NCBI GenBank assembly: GCA_963803435.1 | Contig: CAWDML010000013.1 | Location: forward strand, 1 to 49,818 | Origin: an uncultured delta proteobacterium | GTDB lineage: Bacteria > Myxococcota > Kuafuiibacteriia > Kuafuiibacteriales > Kuafuiibacteriaceae | Direction: 5' to 3' | DNA length: 49,818 nt | In this document: positions 29,519 through 38,266 of the stretch, piece after piece | Numbering within the stretch: position 1 is the stretch's first letter | Layout: each line of letters begins with the position of its first letter | The notes under the pieces: generated by a model | Databases searched by the model: none | What the model was told of the DNA's origin: nothing | The model's input: the letters and a program-made list of their open reading frames with translations, nothing else | Made by a program: the position numbers and the translations under genes

Positions 29519-30628
29519 ATGCACCGGATCTCTTCCCTCACCTGCCTCGCCCTCGGATTGAGCGCCTGCCAACGGCCCGAGCTCTCCACCGATCGGGTTC
29601 AGGACCTCGGCGCCCTCGAGACCAGCTCCACCATCAAGGGCCGCGACGGCGGCTATAGCGGCGTGTGGCGTGGGCGCTCCATCTGGCTCTACGGCGACAC
29701 CATCCTCTCGCTCGCGGGCGTGGACGGATCGAGCTGGCGTCACAACTCCTGGTCGTACACCGGCGATCTCGACGCCTCCGACGGGATCATCGGCTTCGCC
29801 GAGCGCACCGACGACCTGGGCGCACCGATGGCGTTCTTCCCGGAGACCGACGACGAGGCCGCCTTCAACCGCGCGCACTCCGGCGACGGCTGCGAGAATC
29901 CCTGCGGAGCTCGGCGGGTCCTGTGGCCGGGGCCGCTGGTGACGGACGCAGCCCGTGATCGCGCGCTGGTCTTCTACGGCAAGATCTACGGCGAGCCCGG
30001 CGAGTGGAACTTCCACGGGCTCGGGAGCGGGATCGCTCTGTGGACTGACTTTGCAAGCTATCCTGCACGACCGGAGCTGGATCTGATCGACGGTGAGCCC
30101 ACGCTCCTCTTCGACCAGGACGAGCCGAGCTTCGGAACCGCCGCCCTGGCCCTCGGCGAGATGCTCTACGCATACGCCTGCGACGGCGGCCTCGCGAAGC
30201 ACTGCAAGATCGGACGGGTGCCGCTCGAGCATCCGCTCGATCGGTCGGCGTGGGAGTTCTACGATGGGTCCGGCTGGACGGACGATCTTTCCCACGCGAA
30301 CCCGGTGCTCGACGGCGGCGCGATGATGAGCGTGCACTGGAACGCGTACCTCTCCGGCTACCTGGCGGTGTACTCGAAGCCGCTCGACGAGCGGATCGGC
30401 GCCCGGCTCGCGCCGTCGCCCGAGGGGCCGTGGTCCGATGAGGTGGTGCTGCTCGAGGCCATGCCCGGCGACGGAGGCGACGCTCCGTACGGCGGTCTCG
30501 CGCACGCGGAGTACGCGCAGGAGGACGGACACATCGAGCTGGTCACGTACTTCCGCAGCACCGGCGACTGGACCGGCGAGCTCCGCGCCGTGGAGGTGAC
30601 GGTCGAGCCCGAAGACTTCGGACGTTGA
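29519..30628 (+). CDS. Lipoprotein, DUF4185-like
   Basis: LGLSAC lipobox; GRDGGYS, WLYGDT, WEFYDGSGW, MSVHWNAYL..YLAVY, APSPEGPWS. Confidence 0.7.
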   Translation: MHRISSLTCLALGLSACQRPELSTDRVQDLGALETSSTIKGRDGGYSGVWRGRSIWLYGDTILSLAGVDGSSWRHNSWSYTGDLDASDGIIGFAERTDDLGAPMAFFPETDDEAAFNRAHSGDGCENPCGARRVLWPGPLVTDAARDRALVFYGKIYGEPGEWNFHGLGSGIALWTDFASYPARPELDLIDGEPTLLFDQDEPSFGTAALALGEMLYAYACDGGLAKHCKIGRVPLEHPLDRSAWEFYDGSGWTDDLSHANPVLDGGAMMSVHWNAYLSGYLAVYSKPLDERIGARLAPSPEGPWSDEVVLLEAMPGDGGDAPYGGLAHAEYAQEDGHIELVTYFRSTGDWTGELRAVEVTVEPEDFGR

Positions 30629-30632
30629 CGCA

Positions 30633-31850
30633 TCAGAAGGTGACGTAGGTGTCGAGCGAGGTCCCGCAGGCGTCGGTGACCCGGAGGACGGCGACCCGGC
30701 AATCTCCGAATCCGAGCGAGGGGACCGTGATCTCCTGGCCGTACGCGTCGGGCGTGAACGGCGTGTCCTGGCGCTGGTCGACGTCCCAGGCGTAGAGCAC
30801 GATCGGACCGGCGTTCGACTGGAAGCCGGTCGCGCGCAGGCCCACCGCCTGGTAGCGCGGCGCTCGCACGGTGCACTCTTCGGCCTGCGAGTCTCCGAGC
30901 CATTGATCGTGCGAATCGAAGATCTCGATCAGGCCGGGGGTGATCGGCGGAGGGTTCGTGCAGTCGGGGCCGCCCTCGCGCTGGAACACCGCGACGCACT
31001 CCGTCGGTCCGTCCACGGTGACCTCCAGCGGGGTCTCGGTGCCCGCGGCACAGCCGCTCCAACCGACGAAGTCGGCGTGGCGCTCGACGTCCCCCTGCGC
31101 GGTGAGCGTGACGACGGCCCCCTTCGCCACCTCGATCCGACACGGCACCTCCTGCGTGCAGACCTGATTGGACGCGGAGATCCTCACCCCGCCCGGACCG
31201 CGCACGGTGACCGAGAACGGCTGAAAGCCATCGATGGGGACGAACTCGACGTCGCACTCGGTGTCCATCGCGAGCGTAAGACGCTCCGGACAGGTCGATC
31301 GCTGGAGCTTCCAGCCGTCTGCGGGCAGCGCGACCAGCTCGACCTCCTCGCCGACGCCGTAGGAGGCCACGCAAACGCCGCCGTCCTCGCGGCACCCGAG
31401 CACGTCGTCCCCCACCAATCCGCCGCCGTGGACCAGCAGCGTCAGGTTGTAGCGGGGCTCCGCCGGCGGAAGTATGCGCATCTGATAGGCCGCGCCGCCG
31501 GTCGTCTCTCCATACTGATAACCGTACGCCCCCGAGGCCTCGTTCCACGTGCCCGCCTCCGCAGCGGGACTTCGCGGCGTATGGAGGTCGGCTTCGAAGA
31601 TCAGGGCGCCCGCCTCCAGCCGATAGCCGAGATACCAGGGCGTCTCCAGGCGCAGGTTCGAGTACGAGACGTCGTCCGGGAGCGACTCGGGCGCGCCGTC
31701 CGTCTCCCGACACGGATCCTGGGTGAGGCTCTGCTCACCGCCGGCGACGACCTCACCGAAGATGAGCCGGCACTCGGCGATCGGGCGCTCCAGCTGGTTG
31801 GGACAGCCGGAGACGAGCAGGCAGAGGAGCGGAAGGGCGCGCGACATCAT
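30633..31850 (-). CDS. Lipoprotein with two InlB B-repeat-like modules and a PKD-like C-terminus
   Basis: LVSGC lipobox; repeated G..V.L.A...GW....C...C...F modules; IVLYAWDVD...LRVTDACG tail. Confidence 0.7.
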   Translation of the reverse strand: MMSRALPLLCLLVSGCPNQLERPIAECRLIFGEVVAGGEQSLTQDPCRETDGAPESLPDDVSYSNLRLETPWYLGYRLEAGALIFEADLHTPRSPAAEAGTWNEASGAYGYQYGETTGGAAYQMRILPPAEPRYNLTLLVHGGGLVGDDVLGCREDGGVCVASYGVGEEVELVALPADGWKLQRSTCPERLTLAMDTECDVEFVPIDGFQPFSVTVRGPGGVRISASNQVCTQEVPCRIEVAKGAVVTLTAQGDVERHADFVGWSGCAAGTETPLEVTVDGPTECVAVFQREGGPDCTNPPPITPGLIEIFDSHDQWLGDSQAEECTVRAPRYQAVGLRATGFQSNAGPIVLYAWDVDQRQDTPFTPDAYGQEITVPSLGFGDCRVAVLRVTDACGTSLDTYVTF

Positions 31851-31910
31851 GGGCGCCTCCAACGCAAGGAGAGTGCCACCGGCCCCGCATGGCGTTCGCA
31901 CGCACCGCGT

Positions 31911-31954
31911 CCGGATCGTTCGGATTCGTCCGATTTCGTCCGGATTCGTCCGGC
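31911..31954. repeat. Four tandem 10-bp imperfect direct repeats (consensus CGGATTCGTC) in a divergent intergenic region
   Basis: CCGGATCGTT CGGATTCGTC CGATTTCGTC CGGATTCGTC CGGC. Confidence 0.75.
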
Positions 31955-32043
31955 CGCCCGCCTCCTCTCCAAAGGATTGTCAACGTTTGTTGAGACCCGA
32001 CTTTTTCGAGTCCGGCGGCGTTGAACTCCACAGGAGGCAACGA

Positions 32044-32553
32044 ATGAACAAGAACCATCTTCGATCGATCTTCGCGGTGGCGGGTCTCTCGGGGGCGATG
32101 GCCCTGGCGAGCGCGAGCGCCTATGCATGCAAGGGCGAGGGCGGCGGCCACGCCCGCCTGATGAGGCTCGACCAGAACGGCGACGGCCTCGTGGATCGCG
32201 CCGAGCTCACGAGCGGGCTGTACACGCGGGCGGCCCACAAGCTCGAGAAGGCGGACACCAACAAGGACGGGCTCATCGATCAGGCAGAGCTCCAGGCGAT
32301 GCGCGAGGCGCGCTCGGCGCGGTGGAGCAAGCGGCGCGGCCCGGAGGTCAAGAATGAGAAGCGGGCCGAGCGCGCGACCGCTCGCTTCGCCCAGCTGGAC
32401 GCAGACGGCGACGGGCGCCTCGGGATCGGCGAGCTGCAGGCGGCGGCCGACCAGCGCGTGAACAAGATGCTCGAGCGTCTCGACAAGAACGGCGACGGCG
32501 CGATCAGCGCCGACGAGCTGCCAGCCCGGGGTCACCACCGCCACCACGGTTAG
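32044..32553 (+). CDS. Secreted EF-hand protein (four EF-hands)
   Basis: AGGAGG RBS; signal peptide; DQNGDGLVDRAE, DTNKDGLIDQAE, DADGDGRLGIGE, DKNGDGAISADE; His-rich tail. Confidence 0.9.
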   Translation: MNKNHLRSIFAVAGLSGAMALASASAYACKGEGGGHARLMRLDQNGDGLVDRAELTSGLYTRAAHKLEKADTNKDGLIDQAELQAMREARSARWSKRRGPEVKNEKRAERATARFAQLDADGDGRLGIGELQAAADQRVNKMLERLDKNGDGAISADELPARGHHRHHG

Positions 32554-32566
32554 GTGTCTCTCGGGG

Positions 32567-32601
32567 GACCGGCGGCCCTCGGTCACCGAACACGGTTTTT
32601 T
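32567..32601 (+). terminator. Possible intrinsic terminator
   Basis: Short stems (GACCG/CGGTC and ACCG/CGGT) followed by TTTTTT just after the EF-hand stop. Confidence 0.35.
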
Positions 32602-32623
32602 CCCGCCCGGGCTGCGCAATCCC

Positions 32624-32650
32624 GGTAACCTGATCCCGCCTCACCGGGTC
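32624..32650 (+). promoter_or_regulatory. Possible ECF-type promoter (GGTAAC-N17-GGTC) for the downstream sigma gene
   Basis: AAC-containing -35 and GTC-containing -10 with ECF-like spacing, ending 6 bp before GTG 32657. Confidence 0.4.
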
Positions 32651-32656
32651 CTTTCG

Positions 32657-34439
32657 GTGGAGGGCGAGATGACGGAGATCGCGGAGCAGGTCCGGCGCGC
32701 CCAGGCGGGCGACCGAGTCGCGTTCGGCCGGTTGGTCGCGCGGTTTCAGGACATGGTCCTGGGGTATGCGATGGGATGGCTCGGCGACCCCGAGGGCGCG
32801 AGAGACGCGGCGCAGGACGCGTTCATCGACGCGTATCTCCACCTACCCCAGCTCGCCGAGCCGGCGGCGTTTCCCGGCTGGCTCCGCCGCATCGCGGTGA
32901 AACACTGCGATCGGCGGACCCGCCGGAAACCGCCGCCCGAGCTCCCCCCGCCCGGGCACCTGCCCTCGATCGAGGATCGCCTGGCCGAGCGCGAAGATCG
33001 GGACCGGCTCCGGGCCGCGATCGAAGCGCTGCCGGAGCACGAGCGGATCGTCGTCGCCCTCCATTACCTCGGTGACCAGCCCCAGCAGGAGGTCGCCGAC
33101 TTTCTCGAGCTGCCGCTGTCCACGGTGAAGAAGCGACTTCACTCGGCGCGGCGACGGCTCGTAGTGAGGAGCACCGAGATGGAGGCGCATCGACCGTCGC
33201 GGACACATCTGTTCGAGGACCGGATCCAGCTGTTTCTCGCCATCCGGGCCGGCGATCCCGAGACCGCCGGCGCGATCGTGAAGGCCAACCCGGAGCTGCT
33301 CGAGGCCCGGGAGCAGTGGACCGCCGAGGAGGCGCTCGCGGGCGGCTTCCCGCTGGCGCACCGCCTCACGCCCCTGATCCTGGCCTCGGCCCGGGGCGAT
33401 CAGGCGATGGTCGACCTGCTGTTGAAGGCGGGCGCACAGCCCGACGGCATGTGCGGCTGCGACAATGGAGAGACGGCCCTCTGGAGCGCGGTCCTGCACG
33501 GGCGGACCGAGGTCGTGCACCTGCTGCTCGCTGCCAACGCCGATCCGGAGGCGGCCAACGCGGTCGGACACACGCCGCTCCACCTGGCGGCGATGCGCGG
33601 CGACGACGAGCTGATGCAAGCTCTCTTGCAGCGAGGCGCTCGCGCGGATCGCCGCGCCGCCAACGGGATGACCGCGCGCGACTATCGCGAGCGTTCGCGG
33701 CCGGCGGGCGCGTGGACGGGCGGAGGGGATCGAGACCGGGATCAAGGCGATCGAGCTCTTGACGCCGCTCTTCGCGAAGATGGTCGTGCGTGTTCACGGA
33801 GCGGCGGAGACCGGCCTGATGGTGCTGCTCGCCGAGCTCGCCCGGAACCTGGGTGATCGCGATGTGCGCTCGATCTGGGCCACGCGCGAGGCCAGACCCT
33901 GGCAGAAGCACGAGCTCGCCACGCTGGCGGCGGAGCTCGGGATCGCCGACTGCACCCGGATCGACGTCGAGGGCCTCGACCGCACCGCGATCGACGGCGC
34001 GGCCCTGTTCGTCTTCGTCGAGGAGGGTCACCGGGCCGAGCTCGAGGCGGTGCTCCCGGAGCTCGCCGAGCGCGCGGCGATCCTCTTCGTCGTCGATCCT
34101 TGGATCGCGGTCACGCGCGGCGATCTCCCGCCCCCTGATCTGGTGCCTCCGTACGCCGCCCTGATCTGCACCAGCCCGGCGCTCGCCGCCGAAGGCGTCT
34201 ACCCCGCGATCGATCCCGAGCTCAGCGCCTCGACTGCCGCGGTGGATCCGGAGCACCGGCAGATCCGTGAGGAGGTGCGCGCGATCCTGCGGGATCCGAG
34301 CGGGCGCCCGGAGCAGGCGGCGCGCGTGAAGGCGTTCCTCGGCCAGCCCTTCACCAGCTGGCAGCACCAGAACGGCCGGCCCGGCGAGGTGGTGACGCGG
34401 GCCGAGACGCTCGCCGGCTTCGCGCGCGCGATCGGGTGA
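32657..34439 (+). CDS. ECF sigma factor - ankyrin repeats - degenerate F1-ATPase beta-like domain fusion; frameshift at ~33690-33730
   Basis: Sigma2 (DAAQDAFIDAY...FPGWLRRIA), sigma4 (EVADFLELPLSTVKKRLHSARRRL), three ankyrin repeats (TPLILAS, TALWSAV, TPLHLAA). Shifted frame reads IETGIKAIELLTPL...GVYPAIDPELSAST...VKAFLGQPF...GRPGEVV. Confidence 0.8.
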
Positions 34440-34449
34440 CCGGTGCCGG

Positions 34450-35343
34450 TCAGGCCCTGGCCGACGACTCGGTCGCCGCCGCCGGCCGCACCGGATCGGA
34501 GAGCATCCGGCACCGCTGCTCCAGCTCTGCGATCGGACCTTGGTCGCGGAACCTTCCGTCCTTCTCCTTCCGATCCTCGAAGTACCGGCCGGTCACGCCC
34601 TCGAGCTCCGGTGCGACGGCGGCCCAGAGCGGTGTGTCGGCCCCCTCCGCCGTCGACACCGCCATCAGGCGCGCGGACAGCCCGATCATCATCGCCATCA
34701 TGCCCTTCGCGTGGCGGTTGAATCCCGAGCGCACGAACCCCGGCGAGGCTGCGTTCACGGTGATGCCGCTCCCCTCGAGCCGCGTCGCCAAACCCCACGT
34801 CAGCATGCGCAACGCCTGCTTCGACTGCGAGTACACCTTGAAGCCACTGAACTTCCGCCGCGTGAACTCGAGGTCGTTCACGTCGTAGTTGGAGGCGAGA
34901 GCCGAGACGATGTTGACAATCCGGCCGTGGTTCGCCGCGCGGAGTGATTCGAGGAGCAGCTCGGTGAGGAGGAACGGACCGAGGACGTTCGTCGCGAGGG
35001 TGAGCTCGCGGCCGTCCGGGCTCGACAGCCGCTCGGTGAACCACGCGCCGGCATTGTTGACGAGCACGTCGAGCCGATCGTAGCGCTGGCGGAACGCAGC
35101 GACGAACGCGCGGATGGAGCTCTGGCTCGCGACGTCGAGCGTCATCGCGCTGACCGCGTTGTTGCCGGTGGTGGTGGCGATCTCGCGGACCGTCGAGGCG
35201 CCACGGCCGGGATCGCGGGCGCCCACCACCACCGTGGCGCCCAGCTCGGCCAGCCCGCGGGCGATCTCCTTGCCGATACCTCCGGTCGCCCCGGTCACCA
35301 GGGCGAGCTTTCCGGTCATGTCGATGTCGAGCGTCTTGGTCAT
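34450..35343 (-). CDS. Short-chain dehydrogenase/reductase (retinol dehydrogenase-like)
   Basis: TGATGGIG, LVNNAG, YSQSK, PGFVRS. Confidence 0.93.
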   Translation of the reverse strand: MTKTLDIDMTGKLALVTGATGGIGKEIARGLAELGATVVVGARDPGRGASTVREIATTTGNNAVSAMTLDVASQSSIRAFVAAFRQRYDRLDVLVNNAGAWFTERLSSPDGRELTLATNVLGPFLLTELLLESLRAANHGRIVNIVSALASNYDVNDLEFTRRKFSGFKVYSQSKQALRMLTWGLATRLEGSGITVNAASPGFVRSGFNRHAKGMMAMMIGLSARLMAVSTAEGADTPLWAAVAPELEGVTGRYFEDRKEKDGRFRDQGPIAELEQRCRMLSDPVRPAAATESSARA

Positions 35344-35430
35344 GCCTTGTCAGTTAATCTCACCGACCTGGACGACCAATGCCTCTTTGTCCTAGATTCA
35401 TGTCCATCAGTCCACCTTGCTGGTGATCAC

Positions 35431-36396
35431 ATGGATGTATTGTCAGACGTTCTCGAGAACTTCCGCCTGCGCAGCACCGTGTTCGCGGAGACCGCGCTGT
35501 CCGCGCCCTGGGGGATCCGGGCCGAGCCGCGGCCGGAGTTCGCGTTCCACATCGTCTCCCGCGGGCACTGCTGGTTCGAGGTCGACGGTGAGCCGCCGGC
35601 AGAGGCCGCCTCGGGCGACGTGCTGCTCTTGGCCCCCGGCCGCGGCCACACGCTCCGCGACGATCCAGCGACCGAACCGGTCCGGCTCGACGTCCTGATC
35701 TCCACCGGCGCGTTCGCCCGCAAGTCGCCCAGCATCGAGGGCGACGCCGACGCGCGCATCACCCAGCTCGTCTGCGGCTGCTTCCAGGTGGAAGAGATCG
35801 GGAGCGACATCCTCCGCGCCGCGCTGCCGCCGGTGCTCCACACGCGCGAGATGTCGAACGACGTCGCCCCCTGGATCGCGCAGACGCTCCGCCTTCTCAC
35901 GTACGAGGCGGCGAGCGCACGTCCGGGCAAGAGCACGATCGTCAACCGGCTCTGCGACGCGCTCTTCGTCTACCTGATCCGCAGCTATCTCTCGACGCCG
36001 GCGCGACAGGAGTCGAGCTGGCTGCGCGGCCTCGTCGATGGGCATGTCTCCCGGGCGCTCCAGCTCATCCACCAGCGTCCCGAGGCGCCCTGGACGGTGG
36101 CCACGCTCGCGGAGGCCGTCGGGATGTCGCGCTCGGCGTTCGCGTCGCGCTTCCAGCAGGTGGTGGGACGGACACCGATCAAGTACCTGGCGGACTGGCG
36201 GCTGCAGAAGGCGGCCGCGCTGCTCCGGCGCGGCGATCTCGCGCTGGCCGAGGTGGCGGCGCGACACGGCTACGAATCGGAGGCCGCGTTCAGCAAGGCG
36301 TTCAAGCGCCGGACCGGGATGTCTCCGGGCGCCTACCGCCGCGCCGCTCGCGACGGTTCCACCGCCGACGTTGCGAGCGCCCTCACCGCGAGCTAA
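35431..36396 (+). CDS. AraC-family regulator with Cupin_6-type N-terminus, divergent from the SDR
   Basis: MDVLSDVL...APWG, FHIVSRGHCW, PWTVATLAEAVGMSRSAFA, GYESEAAFSKAFKR. Confidence 0.93.
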   Translation: MDVLSDVLENFRLRSTVFAETALSAPWGIRAEPRPEFAFHIVSRGHCWFEVDGEPPAEAASGDVLLLAPGRGHTLRDDPATEPVRLDVLISTGAFARKSPSIEGDADARITQLVCGCFQVEEIGSDILRAALPPVLHTREMSNDVAPWIAQTLRLLTYEAASARPGKSTIVNRLCDALFVYLIRSYLSTPARQESSWLRGLVDGHVSRALQLIHQRPEAPWTVATLAEAVGMSRSAFASRFQQVVGRTPIKYLADWRLQKAAALLRRGDLALAEVAARHGYESEAAFSKAFKRRTGMSPGAYRRAARDGSTADVASALTAS

Positions 36397-36516
36397 CGGA
36401 GGTGAATGGTTCACGTCGCTCGAGGCGAGGCGAGGAGAGTTGCTCCGAGAGACGCGTGGCAGAATGGACGACTTTGGGTGCTTCGGGCGACCGCTGGGGC
36501 TCGCAGTTTTCAGGTG

Positions 36517-36585
36517 CTAGGAGCGTGTAGCGCGTAGCGCTACCGCGAGCCCGGTCCGGGTCCCGGTCCCGGTCCCGGTCCCGAT
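36517..36585. repeat. Left terminal inverted repeat with (GGTCCC)n array
   Basis: CTAGGAGCGTGTAGCGCGTAGCGCTACCGCGAGCCCGGTCCGGGTCCCGGTCCCGGTCCCGGTCCCGAT. Confidence 0.9.
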
Positions 36586-36960
36586 GGCGATCATGCAGCC
36601 CGGCGTGCGTTCATCGGCCTCATCAAGTCGCGTGAGCATCTCGACAACGCGCTTGAGCTTGGCTCTGGCGGCTTGGAGCTTCTGCTCGTTGGCGAGTCGG
36701 CGCCTCAAGCAGGTGTGGAGTGAGGCGGCGCTTTCGGTGCCAGAGCGAAGTGCCATCCGGTAGAAGCGAGCCTTCTCAGGTGGATTGAACTCTCCGGCGC
36801 CCTCGGCGGTGTTGTTCACGATGGAATCGGATGCCCGCCGAAGCTGATCGCGGACGTGAGCGTGACCGGGTTGCAGTTCTTGTGCGATCTCTTCAGCGAT
36901 GTCGGCGTACTCGACGGCGAGCTGGTAGACCTCGAGCCTCTCGTGATCGAAAGTGACCAT
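36517..36960 (-). CDS. Four-helix-bundle protein (TIGR02436 / 23S rRNA IVP family, bAvd-like fold)
   Basis: FDHERLEVYQLA...DQLRRASDSIVNNTAEGAG...KARFYRMALRSGTE...VEMLTRL. As assembled, it reads through the repeat (GTGTGTG) and stops at the TAG of the terminal CTAG. Confidence 0.88.
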   Translation of the reverse strand: MVTFDHERLEVYQLAVEYADIAEEIAQELQPGHAHVRDQLRRASDSIVNNTAEGAGEFNPPEKARFYRMALRSGTESAASLHTCLRRRLANEQKLQAARAKLKRVVEMLTRLDEADERTPGCMIAIGTGTGTGTRTGLAVALRATRS

Positions 36961-37079
36961 GCAAGCTAGCTTGCGGTAGCTCGTCCACTTTGACCAGCAG
37001 AAGTTCTTGGAGGTCGTTTCGTCTGGAATCGATCGTTGGGCGGATCGACTTCGACGCCTGGACTTGATCCCATGGTTTC

Positions 37080-38175
37080 GTGGCGAAGCAATACCGTTCT
37101 TGGACTCCGAGACAATCGTTCTTGCTCCCGCCGTCCCCTCTCGAGTGGCTCCCAGAAAATCATCTCGCGTACTTCGTCTTGGACGTCGTCGATGAGGTAG
37201 AGCCGGGCGCGATCGAGATCTCGATCCAGGTGCAGGCGAACGCGAGCAAGCACAAGGCGATGACCTACGAGCGGATGGCCGAGGAGGAGAAGCGGCTGTC
37301 TCTCGAGATCGAAGAACTGCTGGAGCGAGCGCGCACGATCGACCAAGAGGAAGGATGCCGCCAGGGCTCGCGCGGAGAAATTGCGCAGGCAAGCCGAAGA
37401 GCAGCAGAGCAAAGCGGATGATGCTCTTGTGGATCGGGTGGAGCAGAAGCGAGCGAGAACTCGAGCCGAGAAGGCAAGAGCGCAGGCTGACCAGCTCGAA
37501 CCATCCCCATCCCCAGACCCAACTGAACGAAATGATGGATGGCCGCATCATCGCGTTCCTGCAAATGTGGACGGCACACCGAGGCCCAACGCTCAGAGGA
37601 ACTTCACCGACTCAGACAGCAGGATCATGTTGAAGGAGGGAGCGTACCTCCAGGCCTACAATGCCCAAGTTGTCGTAGATGAGCACGCTCAGGTGATTGT
37701 CGCCGAAGGGGTCAGCAACCAGGCACCTGATCAGCAACACCTCGTCCCGATGCTCCGTGATGTGTTCGGCAACTGCGGCGATGCTCCGCGGAAGATGACG
37801 GCAGACAACGGCTATCTGAGCGCGACCAACATCGAATTCTGCGACAACAATCAGATCGATGCCCACATCGCTGTTGGACCCGAACAGAACCAAGACGCGT
37901 CGACTCCGTCCTCATCAGCTTCGGAGCCCACACCTGCCTCGCTCGCTCGCAAGCGAATGCGAGACAAGTTGCAAACGCGCGACGGCAAGGCCGTCTACGC
38001 TCGCAGGAAGAGTATCGTCGAACCGGCGCTCGGACAGATCAAAGCGGCACGAGGATTCCGCCGGTTCTCGCTACGCTCCTTCTTCAAGGTACGAGCCGAG
38101 TGGACGCTCGTCTGCCTCACCCACAACCTGCTCAAGCTCTACCGATCGAAGCTCGCGACCGTCGCGAGCGTCTGA
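37080..38175 (+). pseudogene. IS1182-family transposase with internal deletions (~37229, ~37352) and frameshift
   Basis: QSFLLPPSPLEWLPENHLAYFV, ANASKHKAMTY, QRNFTDSDSRIM, YNAQVVVD, ADNGY, RKSIVEPALGQIK. The segment normally leading to the first catalytic DGT motif is missing. Confidence 0.88.
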
Positions 38176-38196
38176 CTCCAAGGCAGCCATCTTCAG

Positions 38197-38266
38197 ATCG
38201 GGACCCGGACCGGGACCGGGACCCGGACCGGGGTCGCGTGAGCGCTTACGCGCTACACGCTCCTAG
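38197..38266. repeat. Right terminal inverted repeat with (GGGACC)n array
   Basis: Reverse complement of 2658-2727 and near-complement of 36517-36585. Confidence 0.9.

Larger units (their letters stand above)
36517..38266 (+). mobile_element. IS1182-like element with long inverted ends, a four-helix-bundle passenger gene and an internally deleted transposase
   Basis: CTAG at both ends; inverted repeats 36517-36585 and 38197-38266 differ at about five positions; contains IS1182-type transposase segments. Confidence 0.85.

Noticed and set aside
33729-34439. Functional atpD or part of an ATP synthase operon
   Set aside because: Walker A Lys/Thr, catalytic Glu, crown domain and DELSEED loop are missing, and no other atp genes are present.
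36406-36520. 37-codon ORF in frame with CTAG as the missing N-terminus of the gene cut at 1476 (inversion model)
   Set aside because: Codon usage is atypical, RBS spacing is too short, and the frame match has a one-in-three chance.
36517-36960. Four-helix-bundle gene as Avd of a diversity-generating retroelement, or as a 23S rRNA intervening sequence
   Set aside because: No reverse transcriptase, TR/VR pair or rRNA sequence in the window.
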